Shown here: positions 29,401-39,500 of the stretch, piece by piece
How positions within the stretch are numbered: position 1 is the first letter of the stretch
Layout of the letters: each line of letters begins with the position of its first letter
Origin: a virus
Lineage: Duplodnaviria > Heunggongvirae > Uroviricota > Caudoviricetes
IMG/VR virus record: IMGVR_UViG_3300024268_000023
Strand: one strand, 5' to 3'
Length of the DNA: 64,000 nt
Translations under genes and position numbers: made by a program
The notes under the pieces: model-generated
What the model saw: the letters and a program-made list of their open reading frames with translations, nothing else
Databases searched by the model: none
Told to the model about the DNA's origin: nothing

Positions 29401-32400
29401 GAATATATCTCGATTAAAAGAACTTTATGCAATTCCGAGCAACGATAGAACTTTAGTTGAGCAAGAAGAACTAAATAAACTTGAGCGTGAGAACGAGCTT
29501 TTAGAAGCCAATATCGCAATAAAAGAAAGAGAACAAGAACTGGCAAGACAAGAAATTGTAAAAGAAACTAAAGACGCATTTCAGAATACGATGGGCTATT
29601 CTGTAAATTCTTTTACTAGAGACTATGGCCGTAAGGATATATTTAATTGGTTTGGATTAACAAGTTCTATTTCTCAAACATCGGGATATGATAATTATGA
29701 CGCGGATGGAGATGGGAAATCAGATGCCTTAGGGTCATCATATCTAGGAAGTTATATGCATCTTATGCAACAAATAGAATCATATGATGCTAAAATACTC
29801 GAAATTTCGGAAAAGCTTGGAGAAGATTTAACTGATTCTCAACGTAAAAAATACGAACGAGAGCTAGCTAGATATGAGGAATTCAAAAACGATGCAGTAA
29901 CACAAACAACTGAGATGAGAGCAAACTTGCTCCAATGGCGAAATGATTTGGCGGATTTGGCTGATGAAGGCGACACGGAAGCAATTGCTATGGTGGCAGC
30001 TATTGAGAACGCTATATACGGAATCACTTCAAAAGAAGATAAAGTAACTAGATTGCTCGGTGATTCCAGATTTGCTCAATTGTTTGAATACATAAAAAAA
30101 TTTGGAGACAATAAAGATCTTAGCCTTGAAAATCTTGTAAAAAGCGATTTTGTGCTTGGAAATATAGATTTGAAGAATCGTCAAGTTATTGAATGGACAG
30201 AAGAAACGTTAAAGACATATAAAGACGCTATTGAATCATGGGGATTAGACCCAAGTGAACTCGAGGGCACTGTTTCTGATGTATTGGGAACTTCTGGGGA
30301 ATATGAAGGAATAGAAATTGCTTTTTCTCCGATTTTACAAACACAGAATGGGCCTAAGTTATTGTCTCAAGATACAGTCGATCAGTATATGTTTGGTCTT
30401 ATAGATGCTGCAAAAAAAAAGTATGGAGATAAATTTACCATTGAAAACCTCATTGAATTGGATGCTCAAGGCATAGGGTTCAAAACTGAAGACGGAGAAG
30501 AAATAAAAGGGTTACTAGCGTCTGTTGGCGAAGGTGCCAGCAAAGTTGCAGAAGCAATGCACTATTTAAGCACTGAGGTAGGGGCAATAGGCAGAACTAT
30601 AGTTACAGCCTTAGTGGCGATTATGGATGCGTTTAATATTGACACTAGCGAAATTAAAAAAGCTTTAGATGCAACTGAAAATGAAATAGCTGAAGACCCT
30701 CCCGAAGTTCCTATAACTGTATCCACTGAAGATTTGGATAAAGCAAAAGAGGCGATTGAAGGCCTTACTTCATCTTGTAAGTCAATGGCTGATGCGTTTA
30801 AAGAACAAAATGAAAATGGTTCTCTTAGTGTTGATACGATTCTCGATGTTATTGAAGCTGGATATGGAGCAGCTTTGGCAATTGATCAAGCAACAGGGGA
30901 AGTTAAACTTAATGCCGACATGTATGTAGTTTTGGCAAGCGCTGAACTTCTAGAGGCTCAACAAAAATGGGAGAATATTAAAGCTTCATATGAAGCTGCT
31001 TTGGCGCAATACGAAGAAGCTAAGGCAGCAGGAACTTTAGCAGCTGTGTATGGAAGCCTAGAAGAAGCTGAGAAAGCAGCGGCTGCAGCAAAAAAAGGTA
31101 TTACAGATGCAAATGCGATTTTAGCGGCTTTTGCTAAAATAGATCTTTCTAATATTACTGCAGGTCTCTATGGTGTCGCAAATGCTGCAAAAGATGTGAA
31201 GTCTCAGCTGTCAAATCTTCAGTCTGGCATGGAGTCGCTTTTGAGTCAAACAATTTCTTGGCTTAAGCAAGAATATTCCGATGCTCAAGAAGCACAAGAG
31301 AAACTCTATGATTCTCAAATAGATTCTTTAGAAAAAGCTAAAGACGCAGCCAAAGAACGTTGGGATGCAGAAAAAGAAGCGCTTGAAGATGTAAAAGATT
31401 CCTATAATGATATTATAGACGCTCAAATTGAACTTCTTAAACGCCAAAAAGACGCAGACGATTATGCTAAGAGTCGTGCAGAAAAAGAAAAAGCGGTTTC
31501 TGATATTGAGGCACAACTTTTGGCTATTCAGGACGATGATAGCATTGAAGCACAAAAAATGCGTCTTGAACTTGAAGAACAGCTCAAAGAAGCTCAGGAT
31601 GAACTTGACGAACTTCAGTCTGACAGAGAATATGAACTTCGTGAACAAGCTCTGCAAGATGAAAAAGATCGTTATAATGATGAAATCGACGCTAAAATTG
31701 AAGCAATTGAGAAACAATCTGAGGCAGAAGAAAAAGCATATCAAGAACGAATTGATAGACTTCAGGACTATCTTGACGCAGTAAGAGATGCAGAAAAAAC
31801 CGAGGCTCAATGGAGGGCTGAGGCTTATGACTGGATAGAGAATCGTGAAGAAGAGCTTTATCAAAAACTTCTCGAATGGAATCAAATTTACGGTGATGGA
31901 AGAAAATCTACTGTAGATCAATGGTTCGCAGAAGCTGAAGGTTGGGAAGCTTGGGGTAATTCGTTTGAAGAGGCTCGTAACAACCTTGCACAATATCTGT
32001 ATGAGCTTGCAGAGGCGGCGGGTGTGGTGGCTGAAACTACAACTGCACTACTTGAAGACGTGCTTAAACAGCTTGACATTTACAAACAAGGGTTATTGGA
32101 TCAAGGACTAGAAACCGAAGCGACAATGGTAGAAAATCTAATTGAAAATATATCTAATGCCGTTGCAAATGGTATAGAACTTAGTGATGATATGTTGAAG
32201 GCAATGCAGGATGCGATAATCTCAGGGGATATAGAATGTCTAGAGGCTACTAATAAAATGCTTGAGTATTACAATGAGGTGATGAGTACAGGTCGTACTA
32301 ATTTCGCGGAAATGGCATACTACTTTAGACAAGCAATGCTTAACATGGATGAAGACGCCTTTATTATTCTTCAGGGTATAATGGACAATATTTGCGCAGT

Positions 32401-32863
32401 ATCGCAGGAAGCTTATAATCTGATGAATGGGCTTGGCAGTGGCGGAAATCCCGCAGCTGGAGGTGGAAACCCTAATCTTATGGGAGAAAAAGTTCTCTTG
32501 TATTCAGAAGGTGGCATAGTTGATTACACGGGGCCTGCAGTGGTACATGGTTCTGCTTCTCGTCCAGAGATTGTTTTTAATGCCGATCAAGCTGCCAAGC
32601 TTTACGATTACGTTGTTAATACCCCAAACTTGTTAAAATCAGCGTTTGATAGCATTATGGTTGAAAGTCCTAAGCTTAGAGCCGATCCAATAGGTATGAA
32701 TCCTACGGTTGGCGACATTAATATAAATATTTCTGGAAACGCGGATGCGGATACCGTAAACAGTTTCAGAAAGATTGCCGGACAAATCAGAGAAGAAGTG
32801 GTTAGAAGCCTTAACGAGTCGATGAGTCGAAGAGGAATTGCACGTTCTCCGAGAATGGTTTAA
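26402..32863 (+). CDS. Tape measure protein (TP901-type core), 2153 aa
   Basis: LEIDTAMTELKKVT...ATADYSRMGF core, long helical repeats, C-terminal EGGIVDYTGPAVVHG...PEIVFNA. Confidence 0.92.
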   Translation: MAGSQQIDLLFGVKGGGNPSGASGARIQGQINSIVGGIKPIEIKVNYTALLRVHKQLEQLSAQIDAINAKPLKIAAGGNAIFNIKNSGGVLSEAETLYKQIQRISSGLPAAEARVAGFNKQLAQTKIVASDLTRVKSLIGPLLNKQGTLISFSGAKTHLDEMRNIVGAYGQYIKHVKAAATANKHHNLAIKNADANLRAMYSSLKSNVNSLGRNKTKLLNMDDTIPEVKQAKTLIASLEAEVVKFKTTAGTVKPINFFGNNLANSNAMKAFLSSSDLQKLPAAMAAATKANKSYGKSVVSLETQIKKAQRLINNFGSKKAKLFSLDKELAETKEYKRVLIELQNLAKGFTMRGKVIPAVNMGAQEVAKLKQYLQLYDLLPAKINAANAATRKLKISANEHLSASKMLNQVWGSFNKFPGIDRFQDIKKDYVSLINELTNKTRLNNKEAALYARRLKDIENRAYDAGAGMRSFTQSLNAKLLEEVRHLISSFATMFVIQGFRTLYRNVLEIDTAMTELKKVTELTSKEYVEFLDGASERAKNLGASLKEVINATADYSRMGFSLADATKLADSAIVYQNVGDGLQDIDEATSHLISTMTAFGYTASDSMHIVDIFNEVANNYAVTAADIGTGIKKSAASMQAAGNSLEETVALFTTANTIARDADVVGTALKTVSMRLRSTKIEMEEAGEDTEGMASTVSNLREQLLALTGVDIQLDDGTYKSTYQMLKEISEVWDELSDKDQAAITEKLFGKKQGNIGLAILENFELADEVLATALDSSGSALEENEKYLESIQGHLDQLSASFQTFAQNFLDSEFVKTVIDLLRGILDFFNEIIVTGEKVAGTFGQTTGAVISLTMALITLDTVFGFKHVQGAIKSLKTLKIALQAIIGKKAFANFQVFQKFANSNGLILSKTESKALLGRINGVKKALSGLFKFIKGNPLVTGAIGAVAAVTIGAVVAGTKAVQEISIENQLEDIKEAKDAYDIATRELEEYNSQLETNISRLKELYAIPSNDRTLVEQEELNKLERENELLEANIAIKEREQELARQEIVKETKDAFQNTMGYSVNSFTRDYGRKDIFNWFGLTSSISQTSGYDNYDADGDGKSDALGSSYLGSYMHLMQQIESYDAKILEISEKLGEDLTDSQRKKYERELARYEEFKNDAVTQTTEMRANLLQWRNDLADLADEGDTEAIAMVAAIENAIYGITSKEDKVTRLLGDSRFAQLFEYIKKFGDNKDLSLENLVKSDFVLGNIDLKNRQVIEWTEETLKTYKDAIESWGLDPSELEGTVSDVLGTSGEYEGIEIAFSPILQTQNGPKLLSQDTVDQYMFGLIDAAKKKYGDKFTIENLIELDAQGIGFKTEDGEEIKGLLASVGEGASKVAEAMHYLSTEVGAIGRTIVTALVAIMDAFNIDTSEIKKALDATENEIAEDPPEVPITVSTEDLDKAKEAIEGLTSSCKSMADAFKEQNENGSLSVDTILDVIEAGYGAALAIDQATGEVKLNADMYVVLASAELLEAQQKWENIKASYEAALAQYEEAKAAGTLAAVYGSLEEAEKAAAAAKKGITDANAILAAFAKIDLSNITAGLYGVANAAKDVKSQLSNLQSGMESLLSQTISWLKQEYSDAQEAQEKLYDSQIDSLEKAKDAAKERWDAEKEALEDVKDSYNDIIDAQIELLKRQKDADDYAKSRAEKEKAVSDIEAQLLAIQDDDSIEAQKMRLELEEQLKEAQDELDELQSDREYELREQALQDEKDRYNDEIDAKIEAIEKQSEAEEKAYQERIDRLQDYLDAVRDAEKTEAQWRAEAYDWIENREEELYQKLLEWNQIYGDGRKSTVDQWFAEAEGWEAWGNSFEEARNNLAQYLYELAEAAGVVAETTTALLEDVLKQLDIYKQGLLDQGLETEATMVENLIENISNAVANGIELSDDMLKAMQDAIISGDIECLEATNKMLEYYNEVMSTGRTNFAEMAYYFRQAMLNMDEDAFIILQGIMDNICAVSQEAYNLMNGLGSGGNPAAGGGNPNLMGEKVLLYSEGGIVDYTGPAVVHGSASRPEIVFNADQAAKLYDYVVNTPNLLKSAFDSIMVESPKLRADPIGMNPTVGDININISGNADADTVNSFRKIAGQIREEVVRSLNESMSRRGIARSPRMV

Positions 32864-32868
32864 TTATC

Positions 32869-32899
32869 AGAGCCTCCCCAAAAAGGAGGCTCTTCTTTT
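32869..32899 (+). terminator. Intrinsic terminator
   Basis: AGAGCCTCC-CCAAAAA-GGAGGCTCT-TCTTTT. Confidence 0.8.
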
Positions 32900-32928
32900 A
32901 TACATTATTAAATAGGAGGCGAGGTACA

Positions 32929-33252
32929 TTGGCGATTACAAGAGGGACAACTCCTTTAATTGCATTTACTCTCCCGATTGAAATTACAAAAGATCAAATT
33001 AAAGAGGCTTATCTTACAGTATCTCAAGATAGAAGAGAAGTTGTAAATAAGAGACTCACCGCCAATGAACTGGCGGTAGATGATGTTACTGCTACAATTG
33101 CAGGGAAGCTTTCTCAAGTAGATACGCTTTTGCTTGATCCCGATAAGATTGCGGCAGTTCAAATTAGATTTAAAGATATGAACGATGATGCTTATGCAAC
33201 AGACATCATCACTTATAACGTTTATGATGTTTTGCATGTAGAGGTGATTTAA
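32929..33252 (+). CDS. Small baseplate/fibre-anchor-like protein
   Basis: ITRGTTP...LSQVDTL...VQIRF pattern (BppU-like). Confidence 0.5.
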   Translation: MAITRGTTPLIAFTLPIEITKDQIKEAYLTVSQDRREVVNKRLTANELAVDDVTATIAGKLSQVDTLLLDPDKIAAVQIRFKDMNDDAYATDIITYNVYDVLHVEVI

Positions 33253-33253
33253 T

Positions 33254-33550
33254 ATGGCAACTAACAATAAAAAAGCATCAGTTACTCTTTCTAATAATCT
33301 TCTTCATGTAAGTTCCTGTCCGGGGAACCATGTCATCAATCTCACCTTTGGTGGAGCTGAGGCAAAAACTCCGGTAAAGGGTGTTGACTATTTTACTCCG
33401 GAGGAAATTGAAGAAATTACTACAGTTGCCGCAGAGAAAGCGGTAGATATGGTTGAAGAAACCTACGAAGCCGAAGATCCTATCGTAGATTTCGATACGA
33501 TTGTTTCAGAAGAGGATTCTTCGGATGGCAAAGATATTGTTGAATTTTAA
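33254..33550 (+). CDS. Small fibre-associated protein
   Basis: TPVKGVDYFT motif common in fibre proteins. Confidence 0.5.
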   Translation: MATNNKKASVTLSNNLLHVSSCPGNHVINLTFGGAEAKTPVKGVDYFTPEEIEEITTVAAEKAVDMVEETYEAEDPIVDFDTIVSEEDSSDGKDIVEF

Positions 33551-33574
33551 TTATTGAAAGGAGGCTGATTACCG

Positions 33575-36500
33575 ATGAGCATTAATTATGCTAACTCTTT
33601 GAGCGAGGTTGGAGCAGTCACTGGGAATGCAAAAGTAGTTTCTGAAGCTGTGCCTGCGGCAGCAGCCTTTTCAGAAGAAACAGAAATTAATGAGGGCGTT
33701 TGGGAGATTGACGAAACATACGACCAATACGGTGACGAATATTTCGATGAAAACCCCTCTACCGTTGATAAAGAAAAGAATATTGTAATTGGAAATAATG
33801 AACAACTGAACCTTGAGCAGGAAGAGAACTCACAGTATATTCAGTTTACGATGCCTCTTAAATATGATGGCTTTGACTTGTCAAAAACTGCTCTTACGAT
33901 TCATTATGATGCGCCTATTCCTAAAGAGACATTGGAAGATGGTACTATTAAAGAACGTGAGCATTATAGCCATCCTCCCGTAAACGTAATGTACAACAGA
34001 ACTACAAACCAGCTTCGTTTTGGTTGGCTTGTAGAAGGTGACGCAACACAGGCTCCGGGGAATTTAGTTCTTTCTATACATGCAGAGGGCGCAAACTCCA
34101 AGGGTAAAGCTTATCGTTGGAAGACGAAACCTTATGATAAAATAGTTGTAAATAAGGCCCTTTGCCTTGACTGTGACAAGGAAATTGAGTTCGATGACTC
34201 CTGGGTTCAGAATATTGTTGACAAGGTTATTACTCAGGTAGCTGAAGCAAAATTAGAAGCCTATGTCTCTGAGGCAGAAGAACACGCTACGAGTGCAGCG
34301 ACATTCGCTGAGAACGCAGCATCCGCTGCAGAAAATGCTGTAGCAGCTGCTCTTAAGGAAGGCAATTATACCGCAAAAGGTGATAATGTTTCTGTTTTTG
34401 TTAATGATGCAAAATACGCCACTATCGACGGGGTGGCACAAGCAATCGCTGCAGCGGATATCACAAGCAAACTTGGAAATTATTATACTAAAGAGCAAAC
34501 TCATTCTTACGTAGAGGGTAAGGGATATCTTGTTGATACGGATCTTACAAATAGTCTTATAAATTATACTAAGACAGAAGACCTTCAAAAGGAATATGCT
34601 CTAAAAACAGAGATTCCAAGCCTGGATGGGTATGCTACAGAAAAATTTGTAACGGAAAAGCTCGGTGAAATTGTATCTGTTTCTGAAACAACTGACGAAG
34701 AAACAGGAGAAACCACCACGACGAAAACTCCTGTTACTGTAAAAGAGTATGTAGATACTGCTGTAGCAAATATTGATATCTCTGGACGTCTTGGAGATAT
34801 CAAAGACGAAGGAAACAATGATATTACCGTAGAGGCATATGTAGCACAGGAAATCGGGAAAGTTGATGTGTCTGCCCAAATTAATGAAAAGGTTGGCGAG
34901 ATCGGCGAAGATACAGTTAAAACATATGTCGACAATAAAGTGGGCTCTGTTAATGTTTCCGAACAGCTTAAGCCTTACGCAACAACTGAAGCTGTCAAAG
35001 CTATGTTTAATGAAAAGCTCGGTGAAATTGTATCTGTTTCTGAAAAAACAGATGAAGAAACTGGGGAAACAGTTGAAGTCAAAGAGACTATTACTGTAAA
35101 AGAATATGTTGATACTGCGGTAGAAAATGTCAATGTAAAAGAACAGCTTGTAGGGCTCGCCAGTGAAGAATATGTTGAAGGCCGACTTGGAGAACTCGGT
35201 GAAATCACTACGGGCGAGGGCGATGAGGCCGTTACTTCAAAGAAAACAGTTAAGCAATATGTCGATGATAAAATGACAAATTATGCAACCGTAACAGCCC
35301 TGCAAAATATTAATCAAACTGTTTCAGAACATACAGAGAGTATCGGTAATCTGAGCAGGGAGTTTTCCAGTATTAAAACAGAAGTTGATGGTGTAAAAGA
35401 CATTCCCCATTATACTTATGAGGCGAGTTTTGGTGATTTCGAAGCTGAGGATGGAACCACCCAAAAAGATACTTTCGTTCTCTGGCAAAAAAATGCAGCG
35501 GGCGAGCTTGAAGTTGCAAGCCGTTTCCCAATTTCTGGTGGCGGCGGCGGTGGTGCTTCAACCGCTAATAAATTAGAGATTTATTATGATAAAGATCAAG
35601 CGGGAAAAAATATAAATTCTTATGTTTTTACAAATGATAACGTTGCCGAAGAAAAATCTTTTATTAAATTCGAATTCGCCGGTACAGACCCAATGGGTGA
35701 CCCTGTTCCTTCTGCAAATGCGGTATGGGCTATTAAAAAGAAGGGAACTACCGCATGGACAACGGTTTTTGTTGGAGATGTTAATGAGGGAGAAAATACT
35801 TTTAACATCGGCGAATTTTTGTCGGCTGGTAAATACGATGTTAGAATTGCGGTTTCAGATGATAGCGGAGCTTATATTCAGAAATCATGGAGCGTTCAAT
35901 TAGTAGAATTTAAAATTGAATCGGAATTTAACGATAGAACAAGCTATGTTGCTGGAGATGTTTCAATTTCTTATATTCCGCATGGCTCTATCGCAAAAGA
36001 TATTCATATTATTGTTGATGGTTCAGAAAGCATTGTTCCCGACTCAAGTTCTGGCGGTTCTGTTCCGTATGTTGTAAGAGGATTGGGACATGGATCTCAT
36101 TTAGTTGAGATGTATATGACTGCTCAGTTTGAAGGGAATAGCGAACCTACTGAATCTAATCATATTTTTAAAGATATTATTTGCTTGGATGCTTCTAATA
36201 CAACGCCTGTAATTGGTACGGTTTATCAGGAGTTCACCGCAAGACAATATGATACAACGAATATTGAATATACGGTGTATGATCCTCTTAACAGCGAAAA
36301 TCCTGTTGTTGAAATCTTTGTAAATGATCAGATCGTTTCCACTCTTACGTTGGAAAAACCTACAAATATTTATGCGTTTAAATCAGATTCCCTTGAATCT
36401 TGTGTTATTAAAATTAAGTGCAGAGATACAGAAAAAATTTTAAACGCAACTATCATACCTCTTGATATTGATGCATCTCCTGTTTTGACGGGATTAGAAT

Positions 36501-39500
36501 TTGACTTCAATCCAGTAGGGCGTTCTAATGAAGGAGACAACCGCTTGTGGACGGACGCTAATAATCCTGCTGTAACTTTATCTGTTTCCGACAATTTTGA
36601 CTGGATTAATGGTGGTTATCAGAGAGATGAAAATAAAGACCAATATTTCTGTGTTAAAGCAGGAACTCGAGCTACTATAAATTATAAATTGTTTGAAAAT
36701 GACCCCAAAGCAACCGGTAAAGAATTTAAAGTTATTTTCAGAAGCAAAAATGTGCGAAGAAGAAATACTTCTTTTATTCAGTGCCTTAATGATGGCATAG
36801 GCCTTGATATGAAGATTGAAGGCGCTTTTGTTCAGTGCAGCAACGGCACCTTGAAATCTAATTATTGTGAAGATGCTATTATAGAATACGAATTTAATAT
36901 TAATAAAGCTGAAGATATGACAATTGTCATGTCCTACGAAGACGGCACTCCGAGCACTCCGTTTAAATATGACGCAACCACTTCATTTAAGCAGCAGACG
37001 GCTCAGCCAATCACAATTGGAAGTGATGATTGTGATATACATATTTATCGTATGAAAGCTTATTCAAAATCATTGTCTGACAGTGAAATTTTGAAAAACT
37101 TTATTGCCGATGCGAGAAATGCAAGTGAAATGATTAATAGACATGACAGAAACCAAATTTTTGATGAAAACAATGCCTTGATTACTACAACCGCGTCAGG
37201 TGGATTCTCTGTTGATGCGTTAATGAAAGCTGCTCCAGATTTAAGATATATTTTTCTTGAAGCGCCTAAATTTACGGCAGACAAAGGAGAAGACATAGCT
37301 GGAAGCACGGTATATTTTAGATATCCTGCAGGCAAAAGACCGCAAGATAACTGGGTGTGCAGGAATATGGTACATCATGGGCAGGGCACGTCAAGCAATG
37401 AGTATGGCGATGCTGGCAGAAATATGGATCTTGTTATGGATGGGGATGACTGTGAATTTGAGTGGATTAATGAAGCAGGTGAGACTGTTACATCTTCCAC
37501 CATTACATTAAGTGATAATTCAGTCCCGACAGATTATTTGAATATAAAAGTTAACATTGCTTCTTCTGAAAATGCTAATAATGCAGGCATGGCAAAGAGG
37601 TTTAATGAGTACCAGCCTTTTGTCCGTTATGCAAAACTCAAAAATGACAAAGTTAAAGATACTATGGAATTCTATAACTGTGTTGTTTTTATTCGTGAAA
37701 CAGACGAGGATATTACTTCACATAGAGAATTTAATGATACGAAATGGCACTTTTATGCAATTGGTAATGTTGGAGATTCCAAGAAGACGGATGACACTCG
37801 TGTTAATGATAAAAACGATGTTAAAGAACATGTCGTTGAAATCATGGATGCTGATGTAGCTTTAGCGGAATTCCCTACGGGCTTGTCCGGAAATGAAATT
37901 TGCCCTGAGACAAACTGGAAAGCTGGCAATGAAGCTTTTGATGTCTTGTACTCTGAATATAAACTCAAAGAAGATAAGATTAAATCTTTTGGTAATGGTT
38001 CATATGAATTTAGATATGAGAAAAAAGGAATTACTAAAGAAGAACAAGAAGCAAACGTTAATGCTTGGAGAAAGTTTTACAAATTTGTTGTAACCTCTTC
38101 GGATGAAGACTTCCATCAAAACCTTAAACATTATTTTGTTGTAGATTCAGCTTTGTATTTTTATCTATTCACAGAAAGATACACGATGGTTGATAACCGT
38201 GCTAAAAACTCATTCTGGCATTACGGTAAAGCATATTACAGCCATGTGGAAGCAGAGCAATATGGTCTGGATATTACTGATCCAAGAGTAGCTAAATATA
38301 TTGACGACGAAGAAGCCGCTATTGATAACGGTTATAGATATGACCTTACTTTTGGCTATGACTTCGATACTTGTTTGGGTATTGACAATACCGGTAATTT
38401 TGTGTTCCCTTATGGTAAAGAAGATACGGATTATTACGGTGATGAAGAAGGAAATAGCACTCCAGTATTTAGAGTTTATAACAGCGTTTTCTTCTGCAGA
38501 TTGAGAGATTTATTTGCTTCCGAACTAGAAACAATGTTTAAAGATCGTGAGAGTGCAGAAGCCTGGCTTTCTGAATCGCTAATTAAACAATGGGATGATG
38601 CTCAGGCTCAGTTCCCGGAAGAACTTTGGAGACTTGACTATCAAAGAAAATATTATAGAACTTATTCCGGTAAATCCATTGATAACAGTAAACCTAAATC
38701 GGATGAAAAATTTCTTACAGGTAAATTCTTTGGACGTAAGAAATATGCAAGAAGAGCATTTGAGTCAGATAATGAAATTTATTTTGCCAGCAAATATTTT
38801 GGCAATAAAGTAATGCTGGATTCAGGTTATATTAGAGGTTATCTGGGTAACGATAATTTGAACCCAACCCCTAATTATTCAATAACAATTACCCCTTATT
38901 CTGATATGTATCTTTGTATTAAATACGGTAGCGCGGGTTCTGATCCTTTGCATAGCACATATGGTATAGACGACGGGGTTGATATTGATCTAATAGGCAA
39001 GCCTAAACGTATTAAAGCCGGAGAATCATATAAATTTGTTAATAATGCCAAGCAAATGGACTTTGTCTATTTTTATGGTTTGAGTCGAATCCAAGAAATC
39101 AATGATTTGTCTAGATGTTATATTAACGAAGGCGGATTTAACAAGGGTGCTCGTCTGCAAAAACTGATAATAGGTAGCGCTGAAGATGGATATAACAATA
39201 CGTTTTTGAAAAAACTTGATATTAGTAGCAACCCACTTTTAGAGCATTTAGATATGAGAAATGTCTCGGGCTTTGATGGAGCGCTAAACTTAGAAGGTTG
39301 CAATAATTTGAAGGAGTTGTTTGCAGAAGGAACCAAGATTTCTAGCATTAGCTTTTCAAATGGTGGCTTGCTTGAAACTGCACATTTGCCTGAAACTATA
39401 TCTTCGTTGTCAATGAAAAACTTATCTTATTTAAAAGATCTGCAAATTGCTGGATATGACAATATTCGCAGCTTGACGGTTGAATCTTGCCCTGCTGTAA

